From Octopus bimaculoides (Eukaryota), in NCBI RefSeq assembly GCF_001194135.2, contig NC_068990.1, positions 49,421,862-49,461,151 on the forward strand: 39,290 bases of DNA, written 5' to 3'. Position 1 is the stretch's first letter. The number at the start of each line of letters is the position of its first letter. The notes below the pieces were generated by a model that saw only the letters and a list, made by a program, of their open reading frames with translations, did no database searches and was not told the origin of the DNA. Of this stretch, positions 33,923 to 39,290 are shown one piece after another. The position numbers were made by a program, and so were the translations under genes.

Positions 33923-35482
33923 CTAGAGTATAGCCCGGCGCTGCCCGGGATTAAGCTAGGATTATTAAGTGATCAAGTGCTTTATTTCAAACCAACATAA
34001 GTAACATGGACATCAGATTTGAGCAAAATCCGTTGAAATTGGTTTGGCTGAAGATGGTTTGCTGGCAATTTGATTGGGAAATCCCATAAGGAATCAGTTT
34101 ATTGGTTATTTCCACTCATTGACTGTTTTTTTTTTTTTAAAGTTGCATTAGAGATCTGCATAGGAGAAGGTTGATCTGAAGGTTTGCATTGGGGATCTGG
34201 ATTGGAGTAACTTAGGAAAACTTATCAACAGCATTAACCAAAAAATAAGGGGCCTGTTCTTTCTAGGTTAACTCTAACCCTAACCCTAAACCATAACCCT
34301 AACCCTGACCCTAAAACCGTAACCCTAACACCAACCCTAATCCTAATCCTAACCCTAGCCCTAACTCTAACCTTAACCCTAACCCTAATCCTAACTGTAA
34401 AACCCTAACCCTAACCCTAAAACCCTAACCATAACACCCTAGTGGAAATTGTGCGGGTGTTAATCTGAAAAATTACCAAACCCTTTTTGTGGTCCGAAAA
34501 ACGGGTTGGGAAGCCTCGGAAATTTTACCCATTTATATTGTGTAATTCACTGACAAATTGTTACATACACCTCTTTGTTACATTGTTGTGAAATATAAAC
34601 AAAACTCTTTCGCTCCCAAAGTAGTATATGTGGGTGTGTGTGAGAGTGAGAGGGGGAGAAAGATGAATGATTTAAAATAAATAAATGATTTGTTAGACGC
34701 TTTCTGTCTCTCTCTTCCACTTTTTCTTTCCATTTTTTTTTGTTAGACACTAGCAAACACTCNNNNNNNNNNNNNNNNNNNNNNNNNNNNNNNNNNNNNN
34801 NNNNNNNNNNNNNNNNNNNNNNNNNNNNNNNNNNNNNNNNNNNNNNNNNNNNNNNNNNNNNNNNNNNNNNNNNNNNNNNNNNNNNNNNNNNNNNNNNNNN
34901 NNNNNNNNNNNNNNNNNNNNNNNNNNNNNNNNNNNNNNNNNNNNNNNNNNNNNNNNNNNNNNNNNNNNNNNNNNNNNNNNNNNNNNNNNNNNNNNNNNNN
35001 NNNNNNNNNNNNNNNNNNNNNNNNNNNNNNNNNNNNNNNNNNNNNNNNNNNNNNGGCAATTTGATTGGGAAATCCCATAAGGAATCAGTTTATTGGTTAT
35101 TTCCACTCATTGACTGTTTTTTTTTAAAAGTTGCATTAGAGATCTGCATAGAAGGTTGATCTGTCTCCCTCTTCCACTTTTTCTTTCCATTTTTTTTTGT
35201 TAGACACTAGCAAACACTCTGTATCTCCCCCTCTTCTTCACACACGTATGCAGTTTGACTTCGCCATGTCAACAAACTTCAAAATTGGTAAAAGTTATGG
35301 TTGAAAATCGATTTTTATAGCTATACGCGGGTACCTCTGAGAGAAAAAGTTGACGAAAATGCAGCTAGGGTCATGACGAATCTCCTCCTAAAATTGAAGC
35401 GACATGCGTGCTAACTTGTAGACGTGCATAAACTACATTCACGTACACACATACACACAAATCTTGCCTTATATTTATATGA
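33923..35482 (-). mobile_element. Non-autonomous Helitron with canonical termini
   Basis: The minus strand reads A|TC at 35482 and CTAG|T at 33923, giving an AT target with no TSD. GC-rich hairpin cccgg-cgctgc-ccggg at 33934-33949, 7 nt from CTAG. The interior includes a gap. Confidence 0.75.
34269..34441 (-). repeat. Degenerate interstitial telomere-type array (TTAGGG)n
   Basis: About 170 bp of taaccc units with variants (taactc, tgaccc, taatcc, tagccc, taaaaccc). Confidence 0.9.
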
Positions 35483-36796
35483 TACAGCATTTTTGAGTAA
35501 CTTACAATGTAAAATATGCTTTTTTAAAACAAACATATCATTTAACCTCACTGTAAAAAGTAAACAAAATATTTTTACACCACAAGATTTACCTACTTCA
35601 AATAAAATTAAAAAAATTAGACCTTAAAGGCTAGCAGAATTGTTAGCATACCAGGGAAAATGGTTAATGGCATTTCATCCATCTTCACATTCTAAGTAAA
35701 AATTCTAAGTAAAAATTCTAGCTTTAAAGCTAGTAGAATATAAAATTGAACTATCATATGTAATTTAATGTTATCCCTCGTGTATATTTTTTGTACGTTA
35801 GTGAGCATGTAGCAAGACTAATTTCTATTATGGCATATTAGAGTTACTTAGAGCCTCTTATTGCCTCCACACATTAATCTGTAATGATTGGTCATCTGAC
35901 CTATTATGTGAGTTTGGAACATTGGTTGAGTCCTGTACTTTGATTGATCGAGTATTGATGGGATCGGATTGAGGATCTAATCACATTGTGCATAGTACAT
36001 TCTCAAACAACTAACCTGAATCTACACTGAAGGCTACCTCTGTCTATAAATTGTCTTAAAAAAACAACTATGACAGAGGGGTGAGTGATTTTCATGAATA
36101 CGCATCATGCTATTTTCTTGTTGTTATAATGAAGAATGGATGAACTATACAACCACCAGAATCTGTGATGTGGTTATTTTATCCACTGTATTATTTAGTG
36201 GAGGAATAAAGTCCTGCAGTTATTTTTAAAGTTTGATTCTTGTATTATTTCCACACAACACAGGTTATAATGGCATGCAAAATTCTGTAGTAAAACCAAG
36301 GGAGACTTTATACCCAGACAGCTAAAAGCACAACATTTTGCTGATACCAGCATCAAAAACGTTTTTTCTAAATTTGTGCTTTAAAGTTATTGTTACAGAC
36401 TCACTTTAAACTTAAAGCCTTAATAGCCTAACTCTGGTTTAACAAGTTGAAGCCTGGTTTTCATTTATACAACATAACAAACATTAGAGGCTACATGTTT
36501 TATAAGTGTGTAAAATAGAATTATAACAAATTATAAATACTAAGCTTTGCTTATATTTGTTTACAACCCACTCAACCTTTTTTAATCCTCTTTATATATA
36601 TATATTAAATTATGTATATATATATATATATATTAAATTATGTATATATTAATATTATCTCGGTTGAAAAAACTTTGATAATGTAAATATGTTAATAGTT
36701 ACCAGGGTAGCAAAAAATCACACAAAAACTGGGATATCATACCCGGTTAATAGGTAGAAATACCAAGTTAAAGTGATGTATTTTGAGTAGATATGA

Positions 36797-38459
36797 AGAA
36801 TAATAATAAATGGAGCAAAACGCATATAATCAATAAGTTCCTTTAATTCCTACATATGTTTCAAAATATATGTGTACTCTACTCCAAAGAAGTAAGAGGA
36901 GCTGGAATTGCACATAAATTCATCGTCAAGGAACCAACATACAAAAGCAAGACATGCATTAAATGCTAAGGTTGCATATGAGTTATAACATTATATAGCT
37001 AGGTTTGGGTTTTTTAATACTAAAAATTTGTTAGAGATAATATCTTTCCATAATTCTAGGCTTTTAGATTCATCTCTAGTCAGCCATCCTAATTATGATG
37101 ATAATAATAGTAATGTTTATAACAATAATAATAATAATAATTACTCCAGTAATTTAACACACTCATATGATGGCAATAGTTATTTAGGTAAAAATATAGG
37201 TAATAAGTGCAACATTAGTAAATATAACAATCACTGTAACAACAATATGATTAGTATCTCGGAATCTAATTTTAATAGAATTAAGTTTTTAAGTGCGAAT
37301 GCCAGGTCCAAAAATGTGGTTCATCAATGTAAGGTAATGACTAACACTGATGTCTCGCATTATGTAGGTAGTTCCTCGACGCAGGTGTCCAGGAGAATTT
37401 CCAACCATTATTCTTCCTTTAGGGATAGGAATAAAGTTAATAGTACTGGTCTAAGTAAATTAATCTGGAAACTTAAAGATTGTAATAAACAATTCTCTTT
37501 GGAATGGTCAATACTGGCTACCTCAATACTCTATGACAAGGGTAAGGATTTTTGTCCTCTTTGTAACTTGAAGCTTTTCCACATTCTGTTCTCCAAGAAA
37601 TATCTAGTAAACCAGATAACACAGAGAGCATACAGATGCCAGCATTGGAGGAAACACACCTTCAGTTATCATTAGTTTCATCCTTCTTACTAATTTTAGT
37701 TATTATTATTATTATTATTTTTATTTTTTCACCATGATATTCTCTCTAGTGGACGTCCGCCTTACAAGTGGTATGTACAATCACCCAGCTTAGTATTTAC
37801 CTTAAATTTGATAATAACAATAATAGTAATAATGATAATATTTAATTTATTTATATATTTATTATAACAATAATAGTAACAATAACAGGAATAATATCAT
37901 TAAAATATTATCTTAAATAATAATGATATCTGACTCCAACGCCAGTTGTTTTTACTTTTTCTCCTTCCATAGTTAGTTCAGCAAGTCTTTCCCAGTAAAA
38001 CTACATTCGCTGAGTTTGAAGCACACTCGTAACTTTACTTACATATTTTTGATCTTGTTCTCGTAAGCATGTTTATTATTATTATTATTTCATCACATGA
38101 TAGTTTTGTACCTTGTATTACCATTTATTTAGGTTAATAACCATATCTTAATATGATACAATGCTATGGATGTTTAATTTATTATATTTACAATCTTTGC
38201 TTAGTTTTACCTCAGTATATAAGTTTGTTTACATAAGGAGTAATAATATATAATGAATTCATTGGATTCTCTCCCTTCCTCCTTTTCTGGTTCTTAGTTT
38301 GCCATTTTTTTTTTAACTTTAGATTTTTGGATTTAACTGTGGTTCATTATGCCTTATTTCTTACTTCTTTGGAGTAGAGTGCACATATATTTTGAAACAT
38401 ATGTAGGAATTAAAGGAACTTATTGATTATATGCGTTTTGCTCCATTTATTATTATTCT
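36797..38459 (+). mobile_element. Penelope-like element fragment: GIY-YIG endonuclease remnant and 3' region, bounded by a 101-bp inverted repeat
   Basis: ORF 37028-37675 C-terminus NVVHQCKV..HYVGSS..RISNHYSSFR..STGLSKLIWKLKD..EWSIL..CPLCNLK matches PLE GIY-YIG domains. 36797-36897 and 38359-38459 are inverted copies (100/101). Confidence 0.85.
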
Positions 38460-38625
38460 CTCTGAGTGGTTGGCGTTAGGAAGGGCATCCAGCTGTAGAA
38501 ACTCTGCCAAATTTAGATTGGAGCCTGGTGTTGCCATCCGGTTTCACCAGGCCTCAGTCAAGTCGTCCAACCTATACTAGCATGGAAGGCGGACGTTAAA
38601 CGATGATGATGATGATGATGATGAT
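38460..38625 (+). mobile_element. Severely 5'-truncated RTE LINE 3' end with a (GAT)n tail
   Basis: gagtggttggcgttaggaagggcatccagctgtagaa..cctcagtcaagtcgtccaacc..cgttaaacgatgatgat, matching 4330-4470 and 280-349. Confidence 0.9.
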
Positions 38626-38636
38626 ATATATATATA

Positions 38637-39290
38637 CTAGCTTAAAACCACACTCCATGTGCACTTTTAAGCTACCTCCTGTGGATGGCTAATTGGGCCT
38701 CCAGCCCAAAACTAAAGAGAGAAATAATAATAAAGCATTTGTTGGTATCCTACCATCTCAGATTAATATCACAGAGTATCACATTTGGAAAATTTTGTAT
38801 TACTGTGACAACTGGAGTAGCAGGATAAACAATATTCTTGGTTTTACCATTTGCTGTGAGTGTGAAGAGATTGTTGCCATTTCCAACTCTGGAACAACCA
38901 GCATAAACCTGACCATGGGAAAAGTACTGCTGCATGAGGTGAAGTCAAACAATTCTGAGTGATTGTCCTTTGCTGACATTGTTAACTGACATTGCAAAAC
39001 TAACTCTTATTGGAAATTGAAGATTCTTGAATTCAAAAGACATGTCTGCTGGAATCAGTGGAATCCTTGAAATAAGCATTTTCTCCCTTTCCTTGTCAAG
39101 TAAGGATTGTTGCTTCCAAAAGATATGGATGCATTTACCAGACAATCAGTTTTGTTCCATATGCACAGCCCAAACATAAAATTGGAAGTATATAATAATG
39201 CTACCAGATTGTACTGGGTAATTCTGAGGGTGGACGAGCTTTATATTGTATTCTACCGCATTCTTAATGGAATATACCATAACTATATAT
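38637..39290 (-). mobile_element. Internally deleted Helitron retaining the PIF1-type helicase C-terminus and its 3' terminus
   Basis: Minus-strand LISRIPLIPADMSFEFKNLQFPIRVSFAMSVN..GQSL and FSHGQVYAGCSRVG..KTKNIVYP. Ends CTAG|T at 38637 with a subterminal hairpin. 39168-39290 is homologous to 27109-27230. Confidence 0.88.

Noticed and set aside
34269-34441. True chromosome end
   Set aside because: The array is short, degenerate and flanked by non-telomeric sequence on both sides.
16607-35159. Long ORF-track entries composed mostly of X
   Set aside because: Artefacts of N gaps, with no coding evidence.
37028-37290. Asn-rich N-terminal half of the 215-aa ORF as a host protein domain
   Set aside because: It starts at a non-ATG codon and derives from (AAT)n-rich low-complexity sequence. 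Only the C-terminal GIY-YIG part is recognisable.

Overview
AT-rich, repeat-dense eukaryotic DNA with six assembly gaps. The repeat families (Nin-domain and Meta-type tRNA SINEs, RTE LINEs with (GAT)n tails, R4/Dong LINEs) look like those of a coleoid cephalopod, probably Octopus; this is recognition from memory, not a database result. There is one clearly intact gene: a B4GAT1 orthologue (GT49 beta-1,4-glucuronyltransferase) on the minus strand, with an intronless CDS at 12414-13658. A short plus-strand terminal coding exon of an unidentified coiled-coil protein (4687-4773) is missed by the ORF track. A CpG-retaining zone at about 16.0-17.2 kb may be a bidirectional promoter. The rest is decayed mobile DNA: a near-full-length RTE LINE with a PHD finger inside its RT region, R4/Dong and RTE-BovB fragments, a DD37D (maT) transposase, a Penelope-like GIY-YIG element with a 101-bp inverted repeat, two Helitrons (one carrying a TTAGGG-type array), several MITEs and head-to-tail SINE trains. 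I found no convincing novel multi-gene system. The best leads are the SINE trains at (AAT)n sites, a fragment resembling mammalian Tigger4/Zombi, two template-switch scars, the PHD-containing RT and the B4GAT1 5' architecture.
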